DNA of 63,912 nucleotides, the filler included, from Octopus bimaculoides (Eukaryota): the NCBI RefSeq assembly GCF_001194135.2. It is 7 parts of 6 records of this genome, joined end to end, with 100 filler letters (N's around TTAATTAATTAA, not from the genome) between each part and the next. Parts side by side here need not be neighbours in the genome. Positions count along the whole stretch, not along the records: positions 10,070 to 22,748 come from NC_068994.1; positions 22,849 to 35,665 come from NC_068982.1; 5 more parts are not named here. One strand, 5' to 3'. Positions 12,505 through 25,431 of this stretch are shown piece after piece. A program made the translations under genes and the position numbers. Positions within the stretch are counted from its first letter, which is position 1; each line of letters opens with the position of its first letter. Under the pieces are notes generated by a model. That model did no database searches. It worked only from the letters and a program-made list of their open reading frames with translations, and had not been told where the DNA came from.

Positions 12505-12857
12505 TTGGCACAGTGACATACTGCATGAATTTTCAATGCTTAATTGAACGGCGCACGCCGGCCCATGAAGTACAGAGTCTAATAAAAACATTAAGATGAA
12601 TTCAATCTGATGTTATTTTATTCAGCAAATGAACAGATCAAAAGTCCAAATCACCAGTTTAATGGAAGAGTTCAGATTAATAAAAGTTCAAACGTCTGGA
12701 TTAAAATGACAGCATAAATTACAATTTAAAGTGTCGTTTAAATTATTTTTGCTTCAGAGAATTTCACTTTATTCTTCCGTGGAAAATTTCAATTAAGTCT
12801 TCCGTATGAAAATTTAGATATTTATGACTTGTACAAAGAATCATATTAAACTTATTA

Positions 12858-12926
<69 letters not shown>
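12858..12926. repeat. (AAT)n microsatellite at the tail of a SINE B
   Basis: Directly visible. Confidence 0.95.
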
Positions 12927-12927
<1 letters not shown>

Positions 12928-12930
12928 GCT

Positions 12931-13137
12931 TCATTTTTTTCCACAAGGGCAGCAGTTTTGGAGACGGCATGAGTCGATTACATTGACACCAGTGTTCAAC
13001 TGGTACTTACTTTATCGATTCCAAAAGAATGCAAGGCAAAGTCGACCTCAGCGGAATCTGAGCCTAGAACATAAAGACGGACGAAATGCCTCTAAGCATT
13101 TTATCCGGCGTGCTAGCGATTCTGCCAGCTTGCCGCC
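12931..13137 (-). mobile_element. SINE family B
   Basis: GGCAAAGTCGACCTCAGCGGAAT..CGATTCTGCCAGCTTGCCGCC is the reverse complement of the family head and body. Confidence 0.85.
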
Positions 13138-13543
13138 TTCAATAAGAATAATGATAATAATTATTATTATGTAGCTATATAACTGTATAACTATATAACA
13201 AAAGGAATTATACAAGAACTAAACCAAATCTTATTGAATGAAATGAAATTATTTACGGTGGCGTGGAGAAGGGAGGTTGGAATGCACAATGATGTACAAT
13301 ACGGGCATAAAATGTTCGATAAACATAAATTAAAGCTCTTTGTAAAAAATGACCAACAACTACAGGGTTTAGTAGCGATTGTTAAACAATTCAGTGATGA
13401 CATCAGGATGCAATATTATACATTCAGACATGCACACACAAGGAGACAGATGTACACACACACACACACACATGTAAACACACATGCACACACAAACATA
13501 TGAATATGCAGAATACATACATAGAAACGTACACACAAATATA

Positions 13544-13585
<42 letters not shown>

Positions 13586-13635
13586 CATGCATAAACATAT
13601 GCATGCATTTCTACATACATACATACATACATACA

Positions 13636-13659
<24 letters not shown>

Positions 13660-13666
<7 letters not shown>

Positions 13667-13880
13667 GTGTATGCGCACGCACACTGCCCCACACACATGC
13701 GCACAAACAAGCAAAAAGAAAGCAGTTCGGATAACGCACTGAGTCAACGACTATTGAAAAGGTTGCAAGACACAACGAAAATTTTAGAAAAAATAAATGA
13801 GTAAAACTGAACCGATGAGTGTGTTAAATGATAAGGCACAAAAAGAGAATAACTCTCCCCAAACACAACAAAATATGCTT
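13660..13880 (+). repeat. Unclassified dispersed repeat (copy of 9095-9300)
   Basis: See 9095-9300. Confidence 0.7.
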
Positions 13881-13964
13881 CAACACACGAATTCACATAA
13901 AGAATCTTGCAAACCAAATCCCAAAACGATATACCACACACACACGGCGAATAGCTTTGAGACT

Positions 13965-14115
13965 AGGTTTCAGTCTAATAAAACCATTCATAAGATTTTA
14001 ATCTACCCTGCTCTATAGTGAAAAATATTTCCCAAATGTGTGTCGTAGTGGGATTGAACCAGCCCAAAGCCATATAATATGAAACGAACTGCCTAACACA
14101 CAGTCACTACAGTAC
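13965..14115 (-). mobile_element. Highly degenerate SINE family A head
   Basis: TTTCCCAA..GTAGTGGGATTGAACC..CTAACACACAGTCACT aligns to the family A consensus CTTGCCCAA..GCAGTGGGACTGAACC..TTACCACACAGCCACT. Confidence 0.5.
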
Positions 14116-15868
14116 TTATGCAGATGGAAGTAAATATTTTATTCAAAGAGAAATCCCAGTATGTGTTTAAAATCAGAAAACTAACCTCGAATCTTAAGCT
14201 AAAGCCTGCATCGAGGCAGAAGCGGATCATTCAATGATAGAAGAACAGTCTTTTGTGAAATATAGAAGAGTGAACGTGCATTTGACTGTAAATTTGCTTT
14301 GATTTATAAGGACGTTTTTGCTTCTATCCTCAAGCGGTATAAGAATTACATCAAAGACTCACAACTCAGTGGAGAGTTTTGTTACGACGTAATTGAATTG
14401 CCGATGGATATAAAAGCATTGGTGAATTAGAACTGAAAACGAATTGATAGATTTGTTACTTACCATCAATTCTTGCTGAAAAGCTGTGGGTGTGTTCAAT
14501 TTTGAGAGAATAATTTGTGTTCCTTCTATGTATATTTGGCTCCCTTAAAATGAGATTTTCGTTGTACGAAAATATCATTATCGCTTAAGCGGTGAAATGA
14601 CGAAATGTTCGAAACTTTAACTTTTCTGCTTGTAGAATATGAATGTGAATGACTTACCAGTGATTGTGAGTAATCCCGACGACCCAGTATACGGTTTCAT
14701 TATATAAGGATGACTAACGATGCCATATTTCCCTCTGTCCGTGGTTTCTTTCTCACACAAAGTTCTTATAATTTTGCATCAGTTTTATTACAATCTAACA
14801 ACATTAGTTGTTTTCCCAACTTAAGATAACAGGTGTTTTCACTTGGATTTCACCTTATCCAGCTTTACTCAGAGTGTTGGCCATCACAAAATCTCTCATC
14901 CCATACAATTATTCTACCCCTTTCAATCGGGCAGTATTCGATGGTTTACTTCGTTTTTTGCAAACTATCCCAGATCAGACAACAATTCTCTTTTAGTTAA
15001 TTCTATACGTGATAAAATTTACCTGTTTAATTATGCTTGGGCATATTCGAACGTGTGAGAGAGCCACTCACTGGGTTTTGTGAAGAAGAGAATTTCTCAT
15101 TGTAGATAAATCAGTCTAAATACACCATGTCAGTTCGAGGCGCCCTCTGACAAGACTGATGGATGCATGCATTTCGGGGTGGTTATCTCCAGTTTCCGTA
15201 ATCTGATGCTGAAGAAGAGATAACGACTTTGAAATGCATGTATCTAGCAGTCTGCTTAGCGTGCGATTCGAATTGATTTAGCGTTTACTTCTAAATCTTC
15301 TCTATGACAGAATACAATGAATGATTTTGTCACAGCTTCCAATATGCCCCAAGAATATTTGAACTGGTAACAAGTCAGTATTTATTTAATTCTATTCTTC
15401 ATTTGCAAAACGGACAAAATTTGTTTTTCTACTCCTCGTTTTTCGATATCTAACTACAACCAGAGATTTTATGTATTCCACTAATCATAGCAACAGAAAT
15501 TATTGAGCTATTACAGAATCTCACCAATGGATCAATTATTACTGATGCAAACGATCACCAGCGTCCGAGGATTCCAGACTTTACCGTATATGGAGACTGT
15601 TGATAACATTTTATTCTTTGGTTACTTCGTGAGGTCAGACTATGATAGGTGATATCATCAAAAAGATGTAAAGTCATGTCATTAGTTAGCATTAAATCTA
15701 TGATAAGCAAAGGAAATTTCTACTGAATATAATTTGCAGCAAAGCAATGCAGGCCGTCTTATAAATACGCACCCATTTAGATACATAGGCACAGACACAC
15801 ACAAACACACGGTTAGAAACACATACACATGCATACATACAAGCATATATACATACATACGTACACGA

Positions 15869-15932
<64 letters not shown>

Positions 15933-16240
15933 NNNNNNNNNNNNNNNNNNNNNNNNNNNNNNNNNNNNNNNNNNNNNNNNNNNNNNNNNNNNNNNNNNNN
16001 NNNNNNNNNNNNNNNNNNNNNNNNNNNNNNNNNNNNNNNNNNNNNNNNNNNNNNNNNNNNNNNNNNNNNNNNNNNNNNNNNNNNNNNNNNNNNNNNNNNN
16101 NNNNNNNNNNNNNNNNNNNNNNNNNNNNNNNNNNNNNNNNNNNNNNNNNNNNNNNNNNNNNNNNNNNNNNNNNNNNNNNNNNNNNNNNNNNNNNNNNNNN
16201 NNNNNNNNNNNNNNNNNNNNNNNNNNNNNNNNNNNATCGT

Positions 16241-16633
16241 GGAGGCGCAATGGCCCAGTGGTTAGGGCAGCGGACTCGCGGTCATAGGATCGCGGTTTCA
16301 ATTCCCAGACTGGGCGTTGTGGGTGTTTATTGAGCGAAAACACCTAAAGCTCCACGAGGCTCCGGCAGGAGATGGTGGCGAACCCTGCTGTACTCGTTCA
16401 GCACAACGTCCTCTCACTCTTTCTTCCTGGTTCTGTTGTACCTGTAATTCGAAGGGCCAGCCTTGTCACACTGTGCACACTGTGTCACGCTGAATGTCCC
16501 CGAGAATTACGTTAAGGGTACACGTGTATGTGGAGTGCTCAGCCATTTGCACGTTAATTTCACAAGCAGACTGTTCCGTTGATCAGATCAACCGGGACCC
16601 TCGTCAGTATAACCGACGGAGTGCCACAACAAC
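16241..16633 (+). mobile_element. SINE family C, full length with (CAA)n tail
   Basis: tRNA-like head GGAGGCGCAATGGCCCAGTGGTTAGGGCAGCGGACTCGCGGTC..GGTTTCAATTCC; 3' end ACCGACGGAGTGCCA-CAACAAC. Confidence 0.92.
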
Positions 16634-16656
16634 ATACATACATACATACAAAAATA

Positions 16657-16760
16657 CCCTGTTGTTGATGTTGAAATTCCAATGAAGGAGCCTTAGACCT
16701 AGGTTAGAAAGCGGTTCTTTCTCTATTGGCAAGAAAACTTGAAATAAACTGAATAATGAC
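16657..16760 (+). repeat. Short repeat embedded in (CATA)n on both sides (second copy at 48893-48985)
   Basis: GATGTTGAAATTCCA.TGAAGGAG..GTTAGAAA.CGG.TCTT.CTCTATTGG..AGAAA..TTGAAATAAA.CTGAAT.ATGACA shared by both copies. Confidence 0.8.
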
Positions 16761-17920
16761 ACACATACATACATACATACATACATACATACACACATAC
16801 GCACACATACTTATATCACACTACTTTTATTTCATAAATGTTATTCAGAAGAGTAGAGATTGTGGCTTTGACAATTTTATTGTCCCTTCCCCAGCCCACT
16901 ATTAGATTGGCAAGATTATTGCAACGGTTGCAAATCTTCGGGTCAGTGTCTGTAAAAATAATAAATACATAAAGTTGGAACTTTAATTGTGTGTTTACTA
17001 CGAATAAACTGACCTAAAATGTAGCTTCGGATCATGTTTCATTAAAACTATCTGTGAGTTACACCAACCGCTCCAAATCTGTATACAATGACATGAAATG
17101 GTATAATTATTAATAAATACAATAAGTAAATACATTGGTAAGGCTGGATTTCCAACAGTGTTCCAATGTAATATAGTTTGGCTGTTTCAAATTGTATTTG
17201 ATTGAAACTCCATTCTAAAACATACTAGTAAAGATAACCATCAGAAGTTATCTTAAGTCTTCTTTTAGAAATGATTGTTTATACTTCAAAGCCATGCCAT
17301 GACATCATGAATTTATCGTGAATAATACAAATAGTAATAAATACTATAATAATATCTTCGAGAAAGAAACGTTTGCAATATCTACCGATGTCTACAAAAC
17401 ACAACTATTTCAATGAACAGAAATGAAAGAAATACAATTGTTATATCATCGACATTCAATGTCAAAGAGATATAATAAAGTTGTCAATATATTCCCAAGA
17501 GGCAATCGTATCGAACGAAAATCAAACATATCGCTCTCATAAATAACAAATTAAATAGAGAAAACCGATACATGCAACGCGTAGACCTTAACCACAGTAG
17601 AAGCTACAGCATACGTTATCATTATTTCTCAAGACATATAAGCATTGACAACAAGTGCTATCGACAACATGTCAGTAATTTAACAAATAATTATAACGGT
17701 TATCTAATACGTTTATCGATCTAAACTCTCATCACTAGTTGCTTTTTGTTGATGTTTGTTTTAAAGTTGATGTTGTTGGTGGGCTTCATTTTTATTTAAC
17801 ACGAATTGAACAACGAATTTCTTCTTTCTTCTTATTTTTATTTAAATCTTTTTCCTAATATTATTGACGTACCTTTCTATATTACTCGCTTCTATATGGC
17901 ACAACGCCTCAAGCATTCTA

Positions 17921-17958
<38 letters not shown>

Positions 17959-18122
17959 TATGTATACATATATATATTTATTTATTTATATATATCTGTG
18001 TGTATATATATATGTATGTATGTATGGATGGATGGATATATTTATATATGTATGTGTGTGTGTATATAAGCTTATGTATATGTATACATATATTTATATT
18101 TTCATATATATGAATATATATA

Positions 18123-18295
18123 CGTGGTCTGATCAATAAGTATCGGACTGTTGTCATAGTAATGAGGCTAAAGCATGCAAAGTAAAGCCATTTGGCACAG
18201 ATTGATATTGAACTCTGCTGTGCATGCGCACTAAATTTTAACATTCCAACTCACTTCCGTTGTTTACAGCACTGTTTGGAAGGAAGGTGTTTTAG
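18123..18295 (+). mobile_element. mariner 5' TIR/UTR fragment
   Basis: TA|CGTGGTCTGATCAATAAGTATC..CTCACTTCCG.TGTTTA aligns with 3995-4160. Confidence 0.8.
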
Positions 18296-18892
18296 ATTGC
18301 CCAAGAATATAACCTCTTTGAAAATCTGACAGTTCTGCTGAATTTTTTTGTTCGTGGCATGGGTTACTCTTCGCAAATATTTAATATAATGGCACATGGA
18401 ATGAAAAAAAAATTACATTGTAAACTCTACACCGCTGAAAACATTAAAACGCTTAGATTAGAAATCTTGAAAATTAAAGGTGTCTATTTACTTCCTGCAT
18501 GTCTGTATATATATATATATATATATATNNNNNNNNNNNNNNNNNNNNNNNNNNNNNNNNNNNNNNNNNNNNNNNNNNNNNNNNNNNNNNNNNNNNNNNN
18601 NNNNNNNNNNNNNNNNNNNNNNNNNNNNNNNNNNNNNNNNNNNNNNNNNNNNNNNNNNNNNNNNNNNNNNNNNNNNNNNNNNNNNNNNNNNNNNNNNNNN
18701 NNNNNNNNNNNNNNNNNNNNNNNNNNNNNNNNNNNNNNNNNNNNNNNNNNNNNNNNNNNNNNNNNNNNNNNNNNNNNNNNNNNNNNNNNNNNNNNNNNNN
18801 NNNNNNNNNNNNNNNNNNNNNNNNNNNNNNNNNNNNNNNNNNNNNNNNNNNNNNTTATATATTATGCATATATTCTAAATGTCTAACTATAC

Positions 18893-18976
<84 letters not shown>

Positions 18977-18978
18977 AT

Positions 18979-19009
<31 letters not shown>

Positions 19010-20022
19010 GATACATTCATACATACATACATGCATACATACATGCATGCATACATACATATACACGTGTTTGTATGCGTGCGTATGCGTGCGTATGCGT
19101 ACATACACAGGCACACACACTCGCGCACACTCACACTTAGGCATCTAACGGGAACGGTATCGGAGTAATAAAATAAATATCACATATATTAGTAATAAGA
19201 GAAATTTCATATAGACAAATATATTTTATTATAGATTTTACATTCGCCACCCAAACGATAGTTGCCAATAATATAACATAATTGCATTTCAGCGTGGAGA
19301 AATTGTCATACATACACCCACACAGTCTCTCATCTGGTTTGTTCATCATTTGCTGTGTCTTTTAATAGGAGAAGAAAAGAGTGTGCAATACCATCATATT
19401 TATTAAACAAATTCCAAATTACTATTTCTTCCTTTATATTATCTTTTATTTATATTCCTATGAAAAACAAGATCATTTAATTATTAGTCTTAAGTACGCA
19501 CCACTTCAGATATTCGGTAAGTTTTTTTCTCTTTTATAATAAAGTAGGAATTTGTAGGGCTGTAAAATTTAATGACAACTTCTGTATAGTTGAATTATCT
19601 ACTAGTTATTTGCTTGTATTCAAACTAACACAATATAATTTTATTTACTACCTTAATGTTTATTTTGCTTCTTTTTTTTGTTGTTTTTGATATTTTAGTC
19701 TGAATAATCTTAGATTTATTCAATCCCGAATCATTAATAGGAAATCGTGATTGAAAGATAATAATTTTCCTCATCATAATTGCATCATCCTCTGTCTAAG
19801 CCGAAAATTGAAGATGCCCGTCTTAAAAGTTTCGTGAACGACACTCAATTACTATCAGCTCTAACAAGATCAAGAAAATTGGAAAATTCTAAAGTGCGCT
19901 GAAGAAACGTAATTGGGTAACGCTACAGTCTGTTGACGTGTGTAGATATAGACAAATATAAACGCTCAAAAGCACACATATGTGTGTGTGTGTGTGTGTG
20001 TGTGTATTTACATACATGCATA

Positions 20023-20055
<33 letters not shown>

Positions 20056-20291
20056 NNNNNNNNNNNNNNNNNNNNNNNNNNNNNNNNNNNNNNNNNNNNN
20101 NNNNNNNNNNNNNNNNNNNNNNNNNNNNNNNNNNNNNNNNNNNNNNNNNNNNNNNNNNNNNNNNNNNNNNNNNNNNNNNNNNNNNNNNNNNNNNNNNNNN
20201 NNNNNNNNNNNNNNNNNNNNNNNNNNNNNNNNNNNNNNNNNNNNNNNNNNNNNNNNNNNNNNNNNNNNNNNNNNNNNNNNNNNNNNNNNNN

Positions 20292-20325
<34 letters not shown>

Positions 20326-21102
20326 TATATATGTGTGTTTATGTGTAGGTATATACATACACACGCACACATACACACACAGACAGACACGCACACACAC
20401 TTTCATTCCCACGAAAAACTCAAAAGCGCTAACAATTACCGAGGATAGTGGAAACGGAGCGACAATTGTGAAAATATAAACGTATATAATTTATGCTCCA
20501 AATTATAGCTAACAGTACAGTTGAAACAGTTGTCTCTTTATAAATTCTATGTTACAATAACTACCATCGTTAAAATGAAAATATTAGTCACAAGTACAGC
20601 TTCAATTATATACACAGTTAACTATTCTAAACCAAAACACAAAGAGAATAAGTTTCCAGTCATCCTTATAAATAAATCAATGTACAGTTTGAATGCAAAG
20701 ACGGATAAATCCGTATACATTTGGGTCGTAATATATGGTTATGTAAATGCTGAAATAAATACTGTGTATTGAAATGAGCATTTATAACAAAATCATTTAC
20801 ATATATATATATATATATATATATATAGTGCATTGTTCCATGTCGGTAAAATGGAGAAGAAAAGTACTCCATCTGGTTAGAAATAAATGTTATTTGATAA
20901 ACACAGTATATATATTCTTTAATGATATACCAATAGTTTCATGCGATGAAAACAACTCAGCATTTTATAACACCTCTGTCGATTAAATTTCCCGCGAAGT
21001 AACTTAGGATCCCTAGAAACAATGAAATCTTCTTTTAACTTAGGCATCTTCAGCCTAATGAATAGCTAGTAGAGTACCCCTCGTTTCCGCTAGCTAGGAA
21101 AC

Positions 21103-21175
<73 letters not shown>

Positions 21176-21419
21176 TAGATATATACATGATATAGCTCAA
21201 TTCCAGAGTCTAGGTACACCAACAGGTGGTTCGCTGGAATTGTCTAGGTACGTATTGGCTAGTCACTTGTTGGTATCACGCTGTGAGTATGTGCCTGTAT
21301 AAACACATTTATCTATCTATATATAAACATACGTATAGAAACATACTGATATACATAAGTACCCATTCCAATATAAGCTGTGGATCCAACCCAGGGATGG
21401 TTCCAAGTATAGAATAGAG

Positions 21420-21461
<42 letters not shown>

Positions 21462-22169
21462 NNNNNNNNNNTATATATATATATATATACATACATATAT
21501 ATACATATATATACATATATATATACATCATAGATATATTATAAATTATATATATATATATACATAATACGCACGCATAAATATGTATATTTTATGTGCA
21601 TGTATATATATATATGTGTGTGTGTCTTTGTGCATGTGTATACATATATACATACACACGTGTGCACACATTTGTTTCTCTGTGTGTAGGTGTATATATA
21701 TATATATATATATATATATTCACGTACATATATGTGTGTGTGTGTGTGTGTGTGTGTCCCCGCGCGAGCAATTTTATACATATTGAGATATACTGTAAGA
21801 TATATTAATGTGCATACGTGCTGTTGAGAAATCTCCGAAGACAATCATTAAACAATTCTTGGCGTTGTCAACCTTGACAAAGAAAAAATATATATATACT
21901 GGGGGCGCTCGACACTCAAACAACAAAACACATGATGTTCATATCTCACAGCTTTATATTCTGCTGATTCATTCTTTTAATTGCAATTATATTCAAAGAC
22001 GAAAAATCTAAAGTGTTATTTTATTGTTTCCTGTACACATTCGTAAAATAGAAATCAGACATTCGGCTGCAAACTCGTATACAGTCACATAGAGAGTTTG
22101 GCAGGTACAAGCAAACATAGTCAACACACGTATACATGCAAACACTCCCTCATATAATCATATATAAAT

Positions 22170-22200
<31 letters not shown>

Positions 22201-22320
22201 CATATATATAAGCATATATATACATATATACACACACATATATACACATATATATATATACATATATATAAGCATATATATATACATATATACACTCATA
22301 TATACACATATATATATATA
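22201..22320. repeat. Higher-order ~60-bp tandem duplication inside a TA/CA microsatellite field
   Basis: 22201-22260 and 22261-22320 both begin CATATATATAAGCATATATATACATATATACAC. Confidence 0.75.
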
Positions 22321-22748
22321 CATATACATGTATACACACGCATATATATATTCACACACATTATATATATGTATACATACACATATATATATATACACGC
22401 ACACGCACGCATACACACGCGCACACACACATATATATACACACACATACACACACATATACACACACACACATATATATGTGTATATACTTTTCTTGCG
22501 TGTTCGTTTCTTAGTTTGCATCTGTGATTTTATTGTTATCTTCTAGATAAATGAAGGCATATCCTTTATTTTGTTCATTTTCTTTCTACGAAATGAAAAG
22601 ATACGTTGCGGATCTGTTATTTTAATGAGTTGTATCTATTTATCACCCGATGAGACACATCTGCACCGCCTTAAAATTTATCCTGTTTCTGTGCCACTCT
22701 AAGCTTATCTACTATCTTAGCTGTCTAAGTAATTGATTAGTACTTAAT

Positions 22749-22848
22749 NNNNNNNNNNNNNNNNNNNNNNNNNNNNNNNNNNNNNNNNNNNNTTAATTAA
22801 TTAANNNNNNNNNNNNNNNNNNNNNNNNNNNNNNNNNNNNNNNNNNNN
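22749..22848. other. Artificial assembly spacer N44-TTAATTAATTAA-N44
   Basis: Core at 22793-22804. Confidence 0.95.
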
Positions 22849-22900
<52 letters not shown>

Positions 22901-23060
22901 TGTGTGTGTGTATGTGTGTGTGTGTAAATATATATGTATATACATATATATATATATAAATTTGTATGTATATATGCATGTAGGTATGAATGCATGATTG
23001 TATATATTTATCTGTGAATCTGGCTGCATCACTGCCTCTATGTACGTATGTGTGTGTGCA

Positions 23061-23093
<33 letters not shown>

Positions 23094-23759
23094 TTGTGTG
23101 TATGTGTGTGTTTGCGTGTCTGTATGTAATATTTAATTATGTGTCAAACTTAACGATTATGTTGTTGGACTTACTCGAAAATCGACCTCAATACCATCTT
23201 TTAAATTATACGACACTTAATACATGGACTTTTTTGCTGTAGCGTTAATATCATTGAGACGTAATGAAAGGTTTGCAATGCAGTACTGGGTCAGAAAATC
23301 GGTCCGCTCCACACCTACACATAGACGACAGATGAAATAGCAGTGCTTTGACCATAGTCACCCTAGGGGCACGTGTTTATAGCTGTTGTTGAATCAAATT
23401 AATACAATATCGCACATGATATACAAAACATTCCTGAATTTAGAGCTGGTAATGATGCATTGAAAAAATTTGTAACAAAGCCTGCTCTATCCATCTTCTC
23501 GTATCAAGGAATGCATTTAATTAGGTTATATTATAATCTATAAAACTATATTAATATATATATATATATATATATGTGTTACAAGAAAAGTGATGGGTAG
23601 TGATTTTTGAAGTTTCGGGCTGCTACCTTTCATGGGAGTGCCCTATGAAATGACAGTGTTTTGAGTGGTTACAGTGACAGTTCGATGTGGCAGTCACTGC
23701 TGAAACTCTAAGTCAAGTATTGATTAATTCTTCAGTTTAACGTAAAAGTGTTTTTCTGA

Positions 23760-25046
23760 TAACAGACATAAAAACAAAAAATAAGATTACCAACAATGTC
23801 TCACACATTGCATATATCTGTCTGTGATCGATATTCTGTATAAAAAAATATATTGAAAATATTACCTCAACCGATGAGACTGATAAAAAAAAGGGAAGAG
23901 ATCGCTATAACAGACGATAGTGATGATGAAGCTGACATAAGCCAACAGGACATATTTTTTCAAACAGATTTGCCTCACAAAAATGCTTGTTTTAACAAAG
24001 TTTTAAATAAGGTAAGAAAAGTTTCAAAACTTTTCCGTAAATCTCCTACAAAAAATGAAATTTTGCAAGATTTTGTACGAGCGAACTTTGATAACAGAGA
24101 ATATAAACTTATACTGGATTGCAGAACGAGATGGAATAGCACATTCCATATGATTGAGAGATTTTTGAAATTGAATAGCTGCATTCCAAATGCTCTACGA
24201 GCAATACTTTCCACAGATGCCGTAGCTGACGAAGAATGGAAATCTCTCGATTTACTATATGAAATTCTGCATCCAGTAGAAATTATTTTGAAGGCTATTT
24301 GCGCTGATGATACGGATTTACTGAAAGCGGAATATTCTATAGAATTTTTATTGAATAAACTTAATATCGTCGGCAACCCTTTGGCTCTAAATCTTCGTGA
24401 AAGACTTATGCATAGATATAATAAGAGAAGAAATGTCGAAACCTTGACTCTCTTGAGGTATTTAGACAACTCAAGGAAGTTTAAAGGTGAATCAATTTCT
24501 GGACCTTTTATTTTTTTAACGAAACAACATTTAAGGAAGTATGCTGAACAAACATATAGGAGATTATTTCCTCAACATGACGCTGAGAACACAACAGAAT
24601 TATACGAAGTAAATGAAATAGGAGGGAACCTAAAAACAAGTGTTACTGTTGTCCCATCTACTTACGATGGTAATGACCTCACGTGTGAATACACAAGCGC
24701 AATGAAGAAAATGAATGAAGAGCCCAAGATAGTAGCAGATTTATTTGAAATCTCTAAAGAATTCGAATATTTTGAAGCAACTTCGAACAGAAGTGAAAAG
24801 CTCGAGAAACTTTATAGAGCATTGCTTATAACTAAAGCAACTAGTGTCCAGTCGGAAAGAGTTTTTTCAATTACTGGACTTCTCAACACAAAAATTAGGA
24901 CAAGTTTGTCAGGTAAGACACTGAATGCTTTGTGTTTTTTAAAAGATTATTTTCGAAGGAAAGTGAATCATCAAGCAAGTCAAGAAACTAGATTGATTCT
25001 CAAAAATACGACGACTTGGAAAAACGTTGCATTCCTGATTAAATAA
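23760..25046 (+). mobile_element. hAT-superfamily transposase remnant (5'-truncated; 397-codon open frame 23853-25046)
   Basis: Motifs LILDCRTRWNSTFHMIERFLKL and C-terminal dimerisation domain ATSVQSERVFSITGL..IRTSLSGKTLNALCFLKDYF. The CxxH-type motif CLTHCIYLSVIDILYKK (from 23797) lies in another frame, one frameshift upstream at an A-run. No BED finger, N-terminal catalytic Asp or TIRs seen. Confidence 0.9.
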
Positions 25047-25249
25047 ATATAATACCATTATTTTTTGTTATTGTTTGTACATAGATACAGATACAGGCAC
25101 CATCAACATATTTGTGGATATCAGTCAAACTGTTACTTTCTCTCTTTCTCTGTGTATGTATATAAACAAAATACAATATACAACAAACTTCTTCGTTACA
25201 GGGACACCGCTCTAAATCCGCGAGAATTTGAGAATTACTACCTAAAGCT

Positions 25250-25317
25250 CGACTAAAGGCAGTACTCCAGCATGGCCGCAGTCAAATGACTGAAACAAGG
25301 AAAAGAATAAAAGAATA
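25250..25317 (+). mobile_element. SINE family A 3' tail fragment
   Basis: GACTAAAGGC..CTCCAGCATGGCCGCAGTCAAATGACTGAAACAAG.AAAAGAATAAAAGAATA. Confidence 0.85.
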
Positions 25318-25363
25318 ATATACTAATAATAGAAAATCCGAAAGAAAAAAATAATATTATCAT
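25318..25363 (-). pseudogene. nad6: Mitochondrial nad6 5' fragment (NUMT)
   Basis: ATG immediately after trnP, reading MMMLFFSFGFSIISML in the invertebrate mitochondrial code; the position matches octopod gene order. Confidence 0.6.
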
Positions 25364-25364
25364 A

Positions 25365-25431
25365 TCAAAAAGTAAAACTTCATTTTAATCTTTAACTTCC
25401 AATGTTATGATTTTAATTAAACTATTTCTTG
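25365..25431 (-). tRNA. trnP: Mitochondrial tRNA-Pro pseudogene (NUMT)
   Basis: CAAGAAA..TTTTTG-A acceptor stem; anticodon arm TAAC-ATTGGAA-GTTA with TGG. Confidence 0.8.

Noticed and set aside
16241-16312. tRNA-like head as a functional tRNA gene (also heads of SINE A, B and E)
   Set aside because: No complete cloverleaf or acceptor stem; it continues into a shared SINE body found in several copies.
19780-19900. IEDARLKSFVNDTQLL, reminiscent of a LINE RT (S)FADDT motif
   Set aside because: Too short and no neighbouring RT motifs could be recovered.
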